A stretch of DNA of 64,000 bases from an uncultured virus (IMG/VR IMGVR_UViG_3300027867_000004) (lineage: Duplodnaviria; Heunggongvirae; Uroviricota; Caudoviricetes): the IMG/VR virus record IMGVR_UViG_3300027867_000004. One strand, 5' to 3'. The notes below the pieces were generated by a model that saw only the letters and a list, made by a program, of their open reading frames with translations, had not been told where the DNA came from and ran no database searches. This document shows positions 20,701 to 30,550 of this stretch, piece by piece. The position numbers and the translations under genes are program-made. How positions within the stretch are numbered: the first letter of the stretch is position 1; every line of letters starts with the position of its first letter.

Positions 20701-22305
20701 AATTTGTTCTTTTGATTCATCTATTTTAGCGGGTTTAGTCTCAGGTTCTTCAGCTTTAGCCTCTGGAGTTAATATATCTAATTTTTTTAATAATTCTGCT
20801 TTATGGTCGTCGGTCAATTCATCAGAACCAACAATATCATCTGTTATTTCCGCTTTTTTATCCGGATCAGATAAGTGATTAGCAATGTTTTTAACATCCC
20901 CCTGAGTCTTCAATAAAAGCTGATTGGCATAATAATTCCGTTTTTCGTTCGGATCGGTGGCCTCAAAAGCCTTCATGCCGTTATCCAGACTCTGAGCGTA
21001 TAAATTATCATGCGATAACTGAACATTATCGTTAATAGCTTGCAGGCGCTCTATAGGAGTCATCATCAGCGTCCGCATCATACTCTCCGCGTTCATGTTA
21101 GATGCTGCTGCAGTTACCGCACCGGCTTGGGCCGCTGCATTATTTATTTTCTTACCCTCAATATTAGTTGATATTTCATCATGTAGGGCTTTAGCAACCG
21201 GAATAGCCTCAAAAGCAAAACCCATACCCATCTGCTTCATCGCTTCAGGAACATTAATATCTTTTCCTTCCAGAAGATCATTCCCGGCTGAGGTGCCTGC
21301 AAAAGTAGTTCCTACTGCCAGTGCATGTAAAAGCGATTCTGCTGCTTTCCCCCCTTTAAGCAGACCAGCTTCTGCCAGTTTATTTGCTACTCCTTTACCC
21401 AGTGCTCCGCCAATAAGCATCGAAGCGTCCAGTTCCAGTCCCTGTTTTACCCCTTCAGCCCCGCCTTTAATAGCTTCCTTAGCCGATTCCTCATAAGTTT
21501 TTCCCTCTTTGGTAGCATCAGCATAAGCATCCAGTGCTCCAGTGGTGCCAAATACTTTTGCTGTTTTGCTGAACAGGTTAGGTAATTTAGTAGCAATTGA
21601 AGTTTCCCCTTCACCGGTAAATAAAGCCGCCATTAACGGAATAGACCCTATAGTGCCTTCCAGGACATCACTGGCTACATTAGAGGGTTTATCTCTTTGC
21701 TGATAAGCATCATCATAACCTTTTACGATCTGGTGCAGGATATCAGTTTTATTGCCTTTATGATCGCCTACCAGCCAGTCTGGCGCATTCTCCCCGGTGA
21801 TACTGTGATAGGCTTTATCCATGGTCCGGTTGAAAAAATCAGCAGTACCCACATAAGGTTTGGTGACCAGGTTATTAAACCCCTCGTTCAACGCTGGGAG
21901 ATAAAAGGCCTGGTTAATTTGTTCAGTAAGACTTTTTTGGTCCGGATTCCAGTTCGGGTCATCTACTTTGGCAGTTTCAGGGGCTAACAGCGTATGCGGG
22001 GAAAGAACAGGTTCGCGCATACCTTTAGCGTCCTGCATGGTTTTAGCCATTTTAATTGCTGCATAATGGGCATCATTTTCTTTTAATCTATGACGAAGAG
22101 CGGGGTCAGTGACTTCAGAATAATTATTTTGTATAGGGGTAAAATCAGAGCCTGTTGGTATTTTACCTAAATGATCCGGTGAGATAATACCACCAGTAGA
22201 CGAAGGTTCTGTAGAAACTTTTTTTTTTATAGGTATACCAAACTCATCCACCTTAGCAGGTGCTGCTTTTTTAGGTATTCCAAATTCATCTACGTCCTGG
22301 TCCAT
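17701..22305 (-). CDS. Large internal virion (ejection) protein, 1534 aa
   Basis: Largest ORF; helical and Ala/Lys-rich with an E/K/P linker; last of three size-increasing genes after the tail genes, as in podoviruses. No RNAP DxDxD motif seen. Confidence 0.65.
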   Translation of the reverse strand: MDQDVDEFGIPKKAAPAKVDEFGIPIKKKVSTEPSSTGGIISPDHLGKIPTGSDFTPIQNNYSEVTDPALRHRLKENDAHYAAIKMAKTMQDAKGMREPVLSPHTLLAPETAKVDDPNWNPDQKSLTEQINQAFYLPALNEGFNNLVTKPYVGTADFFNRTMDKAYHSITGENAPDWLVGDHKGNKTDILHQIVKGYDDAYQQRDKPSNVASDVLEGTIGSIPLMAALFTGEGETSIATKLPNLFSKTAKVFGTTGALDAYADATKEGKTYEESAKEAIKGGAEGVKQGLELDASMLIGGALGKGVANKLAEAGLLKGGKAAESLLHALAVGTTFAGTSAGNDLLEGKDINVPEAMKQMGMGFAFEAIPVAKALHDEISTNIEGKKINNAAAQAGAVTAAASNMNAESMMRTLMMTPIERLQAINDNVQLSHDNLYAQSLDNGMKAFEATDPNEKRNYYANQLLLKTQGDVKNIANHLSDPDKKAEITDDIVGSDELTDDHKAELLKKLDILTPEAKAEEPETKPAKIDESKEQIPEPPKTPEEAGAKPEEPVTEKIEPIKEEAKPIKEEAESPDKEKPVQKAPEKEVKKKPVKQEAESPDKEKPVEKASGDKKIKVKDNTLIQPSKLKGSKYNLALAELPDGKFGIVDTNSGYTISDAYDDEGSARNAYAKSREKLTPKMIDDAIAKIERQPKAAGMVMSLPFMNELVEHDVKPFVQKVATNFKEALGAIVRTISPKTGVSLQAKDIITKNLNVRNESMANVDKAVGAIEKMFDKMPDEDRIAFIDRLKRGQPQATPELQAIADMYGKMDKELYDEVNKFKESLPFKENHFRVLWKELPGGEKSRSWFGSSKRPLEGSKGFLKKATLADISEGIARGGVPLSTNPMTMFKAAYADAMKFVTAHRMFDALKEDGFIKFVRNGGEVPEGYTKIDDKIASVYFPVKEGVVKTGEFYIEKNAGRLVNNHLSRDLIRESPVGRGLMNLKNIYTAAELGLSGYHASAIALEGISSDIGRGMRKLVNLGLRGDFKSAGEGILDILKSPFSPKTTFSLGRNTIKLATEGEFEKSDFGKKFLKANPLAKQYIHDLFMGGGLMKQSADLKANTYKAMKEAAGKDNYIGAALRSIPALNELVMSPLFDHYIPAMKVGMFMKEFPLALQEQQADLASGKTTRAEIARKTVDFIDDRLGEMNFDNLFWNRTFKTSMQLMLRSVTWKLGNLRAMGGAPIEQAMEFYNAAKQGRAPNLSPKVAWVLGLATMQTALATVTQYIATGTYPQNIKDLIAPRLDKDDDKQRIVLPTYIKDVTHLAYKGPADYIRSSLAGDLGKLNDIWSNSDFQKYQIYNPNDGALDKAKDIGEYVLPKPISFSNLQKSIKEGDSYGQMAMSFFGLNKAPKYLTSPPIENKIFDLFNLHEGVKSKGDKDVHDLKAQIKSLYVQKKYEEAEKVASDAMEKGLITQKQFGYLNKHLGSGGSEDPSMFFYGKLPMDDKIALWKEMTPKEREIYDPKGTVQMRVLEQQLYEEKHQKKDKPYSSFDK

Positions 22306-23891
22306 TATTCTATTTTAATGCCTTTTTGTTTAAGCAAATTCATATACTCTTCAGTAGAATATCCTGCTGCTGCTGCTTTAGCTGCAATATCGGATTTTTT
22401 AATGGATGTTTTATATTGCGGCTCCGGAGTAGTTGGTTTATTCTCATGCGGATTAGGAGCCATAATTTTATCGGCACTGGCTGGTATGCCTACATTTTTA
22501 AGTATCTGCACCATACCCGCTTTAAACTCAAACGGCTTATTTTTATCCAAATGTACGGTATATCCTTTTTGAGCTACTATTTGTGGTGAATTAAGAGCAC
22601 TCACTGGAAGCGCCGCATTATAATTCGGATTAGCTTTCATTTTTTCAGGCACCTGAATAGCTATTTTATCACCACCCTCGGTTGTTGAGAAATGCAGATG
22701 CGCGTTATAGTTAGGATTAGCTTTGTAAAACTCTGACAGTTCTTCACCAGCCCCTTGTTCTCCTTCACCCATTCGCTCAATCAGATTTTTACCATAATAA
22801 ACCTTAGCATCCTGTTTTTCTTTTTGAAAAGCAAGACGCTGCTCAGATAAACTTAAATTCTTTTCTGCTATTTCCAGTCTTTCCTCACCAAATTTACGCT
22901 GTTTTTCCACAGGTACTTCGGCATCTTTACGGGTGGAGATATCTGTTACAGCACGGCCCATGGCCTCGTTCTGATCAGAAATAGCATGTTGTAGTTTCTC
23001 GCGGGCAAATTTATCCGTTTTAATATCTATCCCTAATGTTTGCAGTATACGCTGACTTTTCGGATCTTCCGGACTTTCCAGTATCTGATCAGCCATATGT
23101 CCTGTAAAAGTTGGGTTGGTGTACCACACTCTTTTACCAGTTGGCGATTTAGGATCACTATACACACCAAAATCAGGAAGGTCCGGATTATAGCCGTAAC
23201 TTTTAAGCAGTGGGTGCCATTTATCATCTCCTACTAAGGCCGCAAAAGCCTGTGCTTTATGAGAAGAACTGTCCGGGCCTTTAGTCTCCCAGGTACCGTC
23301 ATCTGTTTTTACTGATGTGGCTTTCAGTGTTTTTACCAGGTCATCCGCACTTGCCGGTGTTTCCTCCAGTTGAGGCAGTGGCTGCGTTAAAGCTTTAAAC
23401 GGATCATCCTTAATCGTTTTTTCGTAATCAATAACTGCCTGCTTACTGGCTTTAGTATATTTGTTACCTGGATCAGTCTCTGCCGTAGCACGGAGTTTAG
23501 TATAATTTTGCCCTAATTCCTGCGACTGACGCGCCGGAGTTAAAACATCAGAATTATATTCCTTCATAAAATCAGGATCATTATAAGGATTTTTTCCAGT
23601 TTGCGCGAACTGCGCCGCACCTTTTTGAAGCCATTTATTAAACCGGTCATTCAGCTCTTTATCAAAAGGAGCAAAAGCTGCAGGCAACTGCTGGTCTTTA
23701 AAATCTTTCTGATACTGCTCGTTTAACTTCGCCTGGGCCGCTTGTTTCTGACGGACCATATCCTGCAACTGCTGTGCATGAGTCTGTGCCAGTTGCATAG
23801 CATAGGCTCCGGCTTTACCATCGGGAAGAACAAAAGCAAGTCCCTGCCCTATGCCTGTCTGATCACCTATATTTCCCGCAGTGTATGCCAT
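22305..23891 (-). CDS. Putative internal virion (ejection) protein
   Basis: Position and Gln/Ala/Lys-rich helical composition. Confidence 0.55.
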   Translation of the reverse strand: MAYTAGNIGDQTGIGQGLAFVLPDGKAGAYAMQLAQTHAQQLQDMVRQKQAAQAKLNEQYQKDFKDQQLPAAFAPFDKELNDRFNKWLQKGAAQFAQTGKNPYNDPDFMKEYNSDVLTPARQSQELGQNYTKLRATAETDPGNKYTKASKQAVIDYEKTIKDDPFKALTQPLPQLEETPASADDLVKTLKATSVKTDDGTWETKGPDSSSHKAQAFAALVGDDKWHPLLKSYGYNPDLPDFGVYSDPKSPTGKRVWYTNPTFTGHMADQILESPEDPKSQRILQTLGIDIKTDKFAREKLQHAISDQNEAMGRAVTDISTRKDAEVPVEKQRKFGEERLEIAEKNLSLSEQRLAFQKEKQDAKVYYGKNLIERMGEGEQGAGEELSEFYKANPNYNAHLHFSTTEGGDKIAIQVPEKMKANPNYNAALPVSALNSPQIVAQKGYTVHLDKNKPFEFKAGMVQILKNVGIPASADKIMAPNPHENKPTTPEPQYKTSIKKSDIAAKAAAAGYSTEEYMNLLKQKGIKIE

Positions 23892-23893
23892 CG

Positions 23894-24541
23894 TTAAAAG
23901 CCTTTACCTCCTGCAAGCGCAGATAGTGATAACAGTGAGTTAGTATCCAGCAATTTCTTTTTATATTGGGAGTTGGTATAATCCTGTGCGCCAGCTTCCA
24001 GACCAGTTGCTGCCTCATCCAGACCACTTGCTTCATTAATATTACCCGCGCCAGTTAAAGCTGCCGATGTATTGGCTGCACGCAAATAAGGCTGCAGCTG
24101 GTTATTTTGATACAGCTTATCCTGCCAGCCGGCCTGATTACCCAAAGCCGCTTCATAACCACCCAAAGCATTAGATTTATAACTTGCTGCCTGGATAGCC
24201 AATTGCCGGGTAGCATCGTCTGAGTTAAGCTGTATTTTATTAGCTGAGTCCAATATGTCTGCGCCACTGGTCGCTCCTTTAGCCGCTATCGTTCCTGCGT
24301 TAACCGCGTTTTGCCCGATTTGCTGTTTAGCTGCTGTCTGCCCCGGCATACCATTGGTATAGTTTTCCTGCGCCAGTTTGGTAGACAGCGCTACCTCGGC
24401 AGGTAAAGTTTCCGGCACGAAAGGATTATTCTTGGCAATCTGCGCAGCTTGTTTCTTTTGAGACTGTCCCTCGAAAAACTTAAACGCTCCGCCAATGAGC
24501 GTACCCCCCACACCTATCGCCGCTGATGCTATACCGCTCAT
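23894..24541 (-). CDS. Putative small ejection or pilot protein
   Basis: Gly/Ala-rich hydrophobic N-terminus (MSGIASAAIGVGGTLIGGA) followed by a Gln/Ala coiled region. Confidence 0.6.
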   Translation of the reverse strand: MSGIASAAIGVGGTLIGGAFKFFEGQSQKKQAAQIAKNNPFVPETLPAEVALSTKLAQENYTNGMPGQTAAKQQIGQNAVNAGTIAAKGATSGADILDSANKIQLNSDDATRQLAIQAASYKSNALGGYEAALGNQAGWQDKLYQNNQLQPYLRAANTSAALTGAGNINEASGLDEAATGLEAGAQDYTNSQYKKKLLDTNSLLSLSALAGGKGF

Positions 24542-25008
24542 GCTGCCAGTTCCTCCATTCTTTTGATCAGGAATACATTTTCGTGATTTGCAAACAATTC
24601 TGCTTCTACTTCCTTGATAGCCTCATTTAAAGCTTTTTTAGTTTTATTTTTTGGATATATGCTTGTCGCATGAATACTGGTCCAGGTAACATAACTTGTT
24701 GTTAAAGCAAGTCTTCGGGTACCGCTTCTGGTTTTACCAATATACGGTGCTCCATAAAGTTTCATCTGCCCGTCTTTACTAAAGATAACAAGATTACCTT
24801 TTGACAGGATAAACTGATGTTCTGTTTTATGAACGTGACTTAACAGCCATACATTAGGCGGGATATTAACAATGGACCGGGTATACAGCCCCGGAGTGAA
24901 AGCATGATGCGGCTCGATATGCAGTGTACCATGGATATGCATCTGAAGCTCTACGGCGTCTAAAAAATCGTCATACGTAATTTTAGGTTGTAGAATTTCT
25001 GCTTCCAT
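24538..25008 (-). CDS. Cupin-like protein of podovirus tail regions
   Basis: HHAFTPGLYTR, HVHKTEH, GTRR and WTSIH motifs. Confidence 0.65.
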   Translation of the reverse strand: MEAEILQPKITYDDFLDAVELQMHIHGTLHIEPHHAFTPGLYTRSIVNIPPNVWLLSHVHKTEHQFILSKGNLVIFSKDGQMKLYGAPYIGKTRSGTRRLALTTSYVTWTSIHATSIYPKNKTKKALNEAIKEVEAELFANHENVFLIKRMEELAA

Positions 25009-25028
25009 GGATACGAATATAAATATTT

Positions 25029-25418
25029 TTAATGATTTGGTGTATAGTAATAATTACTGTACCCTTTCGCCTTATCAGACAAATTCTTACTGCTTCCTCC
25101 CTTTGGCTCCGGTACAGGCGGTAACATCTGCTTAGGCAATACATAAGGGTTTTTCTTTGCCAGAGTATCTTCACCCCACGTACGTACGGTTCCATCAGCA
25201 TGTTCTGTTTGCAAAGGATGTTTTTTAAACCACTCCGCATCAGGGTCTATTTTCCCCTGCTCTAAAGTTACTTTAGGCTTTTTTGGAGGAAGAATGATTG
25301 GTCTGTCTTTTAAAAGCGGTGGTAAAGCCGCTAGCGCGTCTGGCTGTACCTGTTTTTTAAGGGGCAGACTTTTAGTTACTAATGCTGCACTGTCTACCGG
25401 GTTGAATGGATCTGCCAT
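25029..25418 (-). CDS. Hypothetical Pro/Lys-rich protein
   Basis: 129-aa ORF starting 2 nt after the upstream stop. Confidence 0.55.
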   Translation of the reverse strand: MADPFNPVDSAALVTKSLPLKKQVQPDALAALPPLLKDRPIILPPKKPKVTLEQGKIDPDAEWFKKHPLQTEHADGTVRTWGEDTLAKKNPYVLPKQMLPPVPEPKGGSSKNLSDKAKGYSNYYYTPNH

Positions 25419-25419
25419 T

Positions 25420-26349
25420 TTATAAAGCTTTTTTCACGTCAATATAATAAGTTTCTACAGAGGCCATGGTAGCTGACGTATTATCGTCGCATTGTAAAGT
25501 TACAATTAAATAACCGCCTTGCATCATGCGTCCCTGGAACATTGCTACCGCGGCTCTTAATGTCGGATCCGGAATCTGATAAAAATTCGGATCAGTCATA
25601 TCCCGGAGTATATCAGCCCACAACACCCCATCAATACTTTTACAGTTTGCCTTGGTCATTTTTGTCTGCATTCCGTTAGGGAACTGATCATTTGGCCTGA
25701 TGGTGATATTTTGTACATACCAACCCCCCGTACTGTCAAAACGCATATTATACCAAAGTTTGTTCACCTCGTACTCATCATTAGCAATAAAAGCTATCTG
25801 AGCTGAGTATTGAACTCCAAAAAAATTATTTAATACCGGATTAGTATTATGCTGCCATAGAATACCATCAAGAAAAGTAAATAACTTATCCACAAATTTA
25901 ACCATCAGTTCAGGGGACCAGCTCCACTGCTGTACCCATTTATTTTCTTTCTCATTAAAAGTGATCGTCCTGCCTGATTGCGGGCCAAGCAATAAATCAT
26001 AAAAACTTAATGAACTTATTCCAAGTGACCCGTCTGAATAAAACGATAAAATATTACTCCCTGTCATAGTCAGCGTTTCGGTATAAGTACCATTAGCCGT
26101 CCTGGAAGTACCATGCTGCGTTCCTGCAATAATATACACCTGCCCGCTTATCCAGTTAAAAACGGGATAAGTAAAAACATACTGCCTCCCCACTACTAAC
26201 CCAAAACTGATCAAAGCATTCATAATCCCGGCATTACAAGGCGTATGATAGGCGTTCTGCCCATCTACAGACCACCCTGTATCAATTGATGCAGCGTTCG
26301 GATCAACGAAACCCGTCTGGCCTTGGATGATGGAGTAATTAGTTGCCAT
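25420..26349 (-). CDS. Tail stabilisation/muzzle-like protein, C-terminal part
   Basis: TITFNEKENKWVQQWSWSPE...LFTF..G.LWQHN...NNFFGVQY resembles the C-terminal region of crAss-like stabilisation proteins. Confidence 0.6.
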   Translation of the reverse strand: MATNYSIIQGQTGFVDPNAASIDTGWSVDGQNAYHTPCNAGIMNALISFGLVVGRQYVFTYPVFNWISGQVYIIAGTQHGTSRTANGTYTETLTMTGSNILSFYSDGSLGISSLSFYDLLLGPQSGRTITFNEKENKWVQQWSWSPELMVKFVDKLFTFLDGILWQHNTNPVLNNFFGVQYSAQIAFIANDEYEVNKLWYNMRFDSTGGWYVQNITIRPNDQFPNGMQTKMTKANCKSIDGVLWADILRDMTDPNFYQIPDPTLRAAVAMFQGRMMQGGYLIVTLQCDDNTSATMASVETYYIDVKKAL

Positions 26350-26350
26350 A

Positions 26351-29300
26351 TTAGAACGTTTGGAAGCTTATTTGTATTGGTGTCGGACTATTAGGACTAG
26401 TTGGGAACGTAAGGTTGTAAATCGTTGTTCCACTGACAATAGTCGCCTGATCTACTGTTACTCCATTTACAGACAAATAAATCTGCACGTGTCCTGGTAT
26501 TACCGGAGTACCACTGACCGTAACAACAACCGTTCCTGCCCCTATTGTCGTGTATAGTGCATTTACCTGGTTACCATTATTCACTGGTAATAATCCACTA
26601 AACGAAGGAGTACCCGTACAGGTACCATTCGCTACCGCCGTAATATTCATCCCGTACCTTGCATACAAATTATAGAAGTTTGCTGGCGGTGGTACAGGAC
26701 AGGCGGTTAAATTCTGAACAGACGGTGCATAATACTGGTTAGTTACCCGGTCAGTAAGCAGTGTCCAGGTACCTGAAACGTTAATATACAAATTATCGAC
26801 AGGCGCGTTATACCAGATATCCCCACTGGATCCACCTGTTGGCGTAGGACTGCTGTTGGCATTATACGTAATCGCAGCACTACTTGGAACAATCGCTTCA
26901 GGAGCGATCATTTGCAAATTAGGCATCTTCATACCAGTAAGAGCATTATTATCCAGATAAATCTGGTCAAGGACCTTGGCTAACTGCTGGCCTGTATTCA
27001 CCCCGCCTGATTGAACGCAGAACAGTGTTGAGTTGTCCGTCTGCCATCCTAATGGGCGATATGGTGAATTGGCTACTGTAAAGCAGAATTTAATAATTGG
27101 TGTCAAGGCACCGCCTGGTTCAGTACCCTGAAATAATAAATAATCATCCCCTAACGTATTTGTCCCCGTGATCTGAATAATGCCACCGACTACTGCTGCT
27201 ACAGAATTGGCTGGCTGCTGCGTAATAGCCCAAACAGTACCTGCTGGATAGGGTGCGATCAGTGTTTGCCACTGCACAGGATTGAAACCCCCCTTAAACA
27301 GATATTGAATAAATGGTAAATAAGACCACATGGCCTCATCATTAAGTTTATCATACTGTCCTGTGATCTGCAATCCATTATTTGAAGCTGTAGCTAAAAA
27401 GTCTTTTGTTACTTTATCATACAAAAATTTTCTGCTGATCGGCTCCCAACCGTTCTGCGCTCCACGAAGCATTACACCAGAGTTATCCGATGAGATATAC
27501 ATATAGTCCCCAAATTCAAACCAGGCACCCCGGGAGCCTATACCGCCCTCCCAGACAGAATACTGAATCGTATTCAATAGCTGATCAGAGGTAGAAAGCT
27601 GCTGCTGCCCCTGGTTATCTACAATAATATTCTGATAAATCGGCGTCCAGGTAATTTTTAGTTGTTTAAACATATACAACTCCCCGTGACGGAAACGAGT
27701 TAAATTGATTGACCCATAGCTATCATTATAATCTTTATAGTCAGGCTCGTCAAAATCATTCAGTCCGTTTACAGCTGTACCCTGTATATAGTTGTTAGAA
27801 AACCGTTCCCGCTGATCAAAATTTTGTGAACCTCTGCCATCGTCCTGCGGGTAAACGCGGCCTAAACTATATAATGAAGAAAAATAAAAATCAGAGAAAT
27901 TAGGATCTTCTACTGTATCCACGATGATTTGCGCATCCTGTGCATTCTGCGGGTTATTCGTCGGCAAAGCCCTTTGTCTTACATAACAATCACCAGAAGT
28001 CACTGTAATAATCGCTGGTACAGTAACCGGATTATTCGGATCCTGGTTAGGTGTCCCAGATGAGTTATTGGTATTACCTACGTGAGCTGCCTGGGCCGTT
28101 CCATAATTTAAAATCGGGAACTTCATAGAAAAGTCCTGGAAATTCTGAGCCTGCTGCAGATTACCGTCATTATTCACAGTAACAGCTGGATGATAAACTT
28201 CTACAGTTGAATAAGCAACAAATGTTATCCCTGCCGGCGGTTTGTTTATCCGGATGATCCCCCTGGTATCGATCAGTGTATAGTTCGGGAATGTAGCTGA
28301 AGTTACCGCATCTGTTGTATAAGTATTTACTGGATTGAAGGGCTCGTTCAGCACATAATCAGAACCTGACACATCCACGATCTGCCGCTGCACTCCATTA
28401 ATAACGATATACATTCCGATATTATTCGTGCTCACTCCATCCGAAGGTGATACATTATTTGACCCGTTAGTACAGCCGATTTGCGCATCTCTGATTTGAG
28501 TAAACACATCTTTATAAGAAAGTACCTCTGTTTCAAAATACGGAGTATAAAGAGCGCCCGTAATCTCATTCCGAATAAATCTTACTCTGTGCCCTCTTTG
28601 AAACTGGTATTGTATAACCGTATTCGGGTGAATCAGCTGATAAGTATTCAAACTTCCAACGACCAGATCCAAATAATCCCCCTCGTCAGCTACATCCACT
28701 TCCGTTACCTGCTGGATAAGCATTTGAGTAAAGTCAGTAATATCCTCTGTTCTTACCAGCCGCCAGTATTTAGCCCATACAGGCGGTAAACTCGTTAAAG
28801 TAACCGTGTGTATTGGCTGCTGCCAGTTCACAGCATTCCACTGCGTTAAAAAAGGAGTCTTGGCAAGTAAACCATCATCCGTATAAGCAAGTGATGTTCT
28901 GCCATCATCATCATCATAAACCACCGCATATTTCCGGGAACCTCCACTTTTTATCACATTCACTGAAGGCCCGTTATCAAGCAGCGTTACATAGTTTACC
29001 GGATTAACACTACCTGCGAATAAAGTAGGCTGCGTATTATCATGCCCGAGATACCAATAATCCCAGGATACATTACCGCTACCGTCTGTAATTTCATTAA
29101 ATATACCCCCGTTCGCATCTGAAGTAAGTGTAGGTGTCTGCCCGCGGCCTGTACTTCTTAAAAACTGTTTCAGCTTGCTGGCTATCGTATCAGCACTGTC
29201 ATTTATACCAGCTGTTACCGACCAGTTATAATTATCGTAAGTCGGGTTTAACCGTTGCTGCGCTGCGCTTGCACCGTTCTTTCCAGTCATGACAAAGGTA

Positions 29301-30544
29301 TTACCCTTTTTGACATCGTGTCCAACAATAAAGTGCGTCTGAGTTACCCAGTAGCTATCATGAGCCAGGAAACCCCCATGTTTAATTGTTTTTGAGGTTA
29401 GACTGACTGTAAAAGCCGGACTATTAAGTTGTGATACGGTATCGTTTGGCAGGAACAAATCCTGTGAGGTAACAGCAACGCTAGCACTAATATTTACTGT
29501 ATCAAAGCCTTCATAAGCATTGCCATAGGTCATGGCCAGTTTAACAAAAGACTGCACATAAGGTATTCTCTGCATGAAAGAATACGGACGCACTACCTTC
29601 TGGTTATCTACCGGTGTTAAGGGGCTATCGTTATAAAAATTATAAACAAAGTTTGTGTTATCTGATATACTGAGTTGCGATTTATTCAGAATAATAGCTG
29701 ACTGCCAGGGAAGGATTACTGTCCCGTCTGTCATCTGGACCAATACTTCTATTTTTACCACCAGTCGGTTTCCGGTAGCTAACTGTACCTGTATACAGTT
29801 ATTATTGTAGGTAATATTATCTGCACCTAAAAAACTTTCATTAGGAGGAAGTGCTACCGGAGAAAAATCAGAAGTATTACTTACCTCACCATCATCATAA
29901 TAAAATCGCTGGGCAAACTTGCACTGAAGGCCGTAAAAATAATTACTTGAACGGGTTACGTCTGTAAAGTAAGTTGGTACAGGTGCGTATATAGAAGTTT
30001 GCTTATAAGCAGTAATAAAATCCTGCTGAATAACAGCACCATAACCATTATCACTTTTATCTATTGCCTTGGTGATATTAAATTTACGAGCTTTATTCAG
30101 ACCATCAATCCAGTAAATTAGATTATCGGCAATGATATCTACATGATTAATAAGAGAATTTGGGGAAAACTGAAAAATATCTACATTATCAGTATCCAAT
30201 AAATTTTGAATGACCGGAGTAATACTTTGATTAGTATCATCGTAGCAATAAATACCATGATATCCGTTTGAATTCCAGTTAAACCAATAAAATTTGCTTC
30301 GTTCTTCATTTGAGCCCCAACCGAGTGCCTGATTTTGGCCGACAGGGATTAAAGAATTAACTATTTGAGTATTTCCGTTAGGAAGTTTTACAACGCCTTT
30401 AAATCCATCCTCGAAAATACGGGCATTGATTACAAAACGAGCGAAAGAAGGCTTAATACCTTTTTTGCCGAACTCTGCGCTATCAGAGTCAACACCGCTT
30501 TCAAAGCTATTTGCCTGTATTTTTTTCTCTTTAGCCACATTCAA
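26351..30544 (-). CDS. Tail stabilisation/muzzle protein (beta-propeller-rich); may start at GTG 30538
   Basis: LIYWIDGLNKARKFNI, FAQRFYYDDGEVS...FS, MTYGNAYEG, YAVVYDDDDGR, NGLNDF and YGSI motifs recalled from crAss-like tail stabilisation proteins. Confidence 0.7.
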   Translation of the reverse strand: MNVAKEKKIQANSFESGVDSDSAEFGKKGIKPSFARFVINARIFEDGFKGVVKLPNGNTQIVNSLIPVGQNQALGWGSNEERSKFYWFNWNSNGYHGIYCYDDTNQSITPVIQNLLDTDNVDIFQFSPNSLINHVDIIADNLIYWIDGLNKARKFNITKAIDKSDNGYGAVIQQDFITAYKQTSIYAPVPTYFTDVTRSSNYFYGLQCKFAQRFYYDDGEVSNTSDFSPVALPPNESFLGADNITYNNNCIQVQLATGNRLVVKIEVLVQMTDGTVILPWQSAIILNKSQLSISDNTNFVYNFYNDSPLTPVDNQKVVRPYSFMQRIPYVQSFVKLAMTYGNAYEGFDTVNISASVAVTSQDLFLPNDTVSQLNSPAFTVSLTSKTIKHGGFLAHDSYWVTQTHFIVGHDVKKGNTFVMTGKNGASAAQQRLNPTYDNYNWSVTAGINDSADTIASKLKQFLRSTGRGQTPTLTSDANGGIFNEITDGSGNVSWDYWYLGHDNTQPTLFAGSVNPVNYVTLLDNGPSVNVIKSGGSRKYAVVYDDDDGRTSLAYTDDGLLAKTPFLTQWNAVNWQQPIHTVTLTSLPPVWAKYWRLVRTEDITDFTQMLIQQVTEVDVADEGDYLDLVVGSLNTYQLIHPNTVIQYQFQRGHRVRFIRNEITGALYTPYFETEVLSYKDVFTQIRDAQIGCTNGSNNVSPSDGVSTNNIGMYIVINGVQRQIVDVSGSDYVLNEPFNPVNTYTTDAVTSATFPNYTLIDTRGIIRINKPPAGITFVAYSTVEVYHPAVTVNNDGNLQQAQNFQDFSMKFPILNYGTAQAAHVGNTNNSSGTPNQDPNNPVTVPAIITVTSGDCYVRQRALPTNNPQNAQDAQIIVDTVEDPNFSDFYFSSLYSLGRVYPQDDGRGSQNFDQRERFSNNYIQGTAVNGLNDFDEPDYKDYNDSYGSINLTRFRHGELYMFKQLKITWTPIYQNIIVDNQGQQQLSTSDQLLNTIQYSVWEGGIGSRGAWFEFGDYMYISSDNSGVMLRGAQNGWEPISRKFLYDKVTKDFLATASNNGLQITGQYDKLNDEAMWSYLPFIQYLFKGGFNPVQWQTLIAPYPAGTVWAITQQPANSVAAVVGGIIQITGTNTLGDDYLLFQGTEPGGALTPIIKFCFTVANSPYRPLGWQTDNSTLFCVQSGGVNTGQQLAKVLDQIYLDNNALTGMKMPNLQMIAPEAIVPSSAAITYNANSSPTPTGGSSGDIWYNAPVDNLYINVSGTWTLLTDRVTNQYYAPSVQNLTACPVPPPANFYNLYARYGMNITAVANGTCTGTPSFSGLLPVNNGNQVNALYTTIGAGTVVVTVSGTPVIPGHVQIYLSVNGVTVDQATIVSGTTIYNLTFPTSPNSPTPIQISFQTF

Positions 30545-30550
30545 ATATAC

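Noticed and set aside
17701..22305. Virion RNA polymerase or tape measure protein
   Set aside because: No DxDxD catalytic motif, and the gene context is podovirus-like with no tail tube or tape-measure chaperones.
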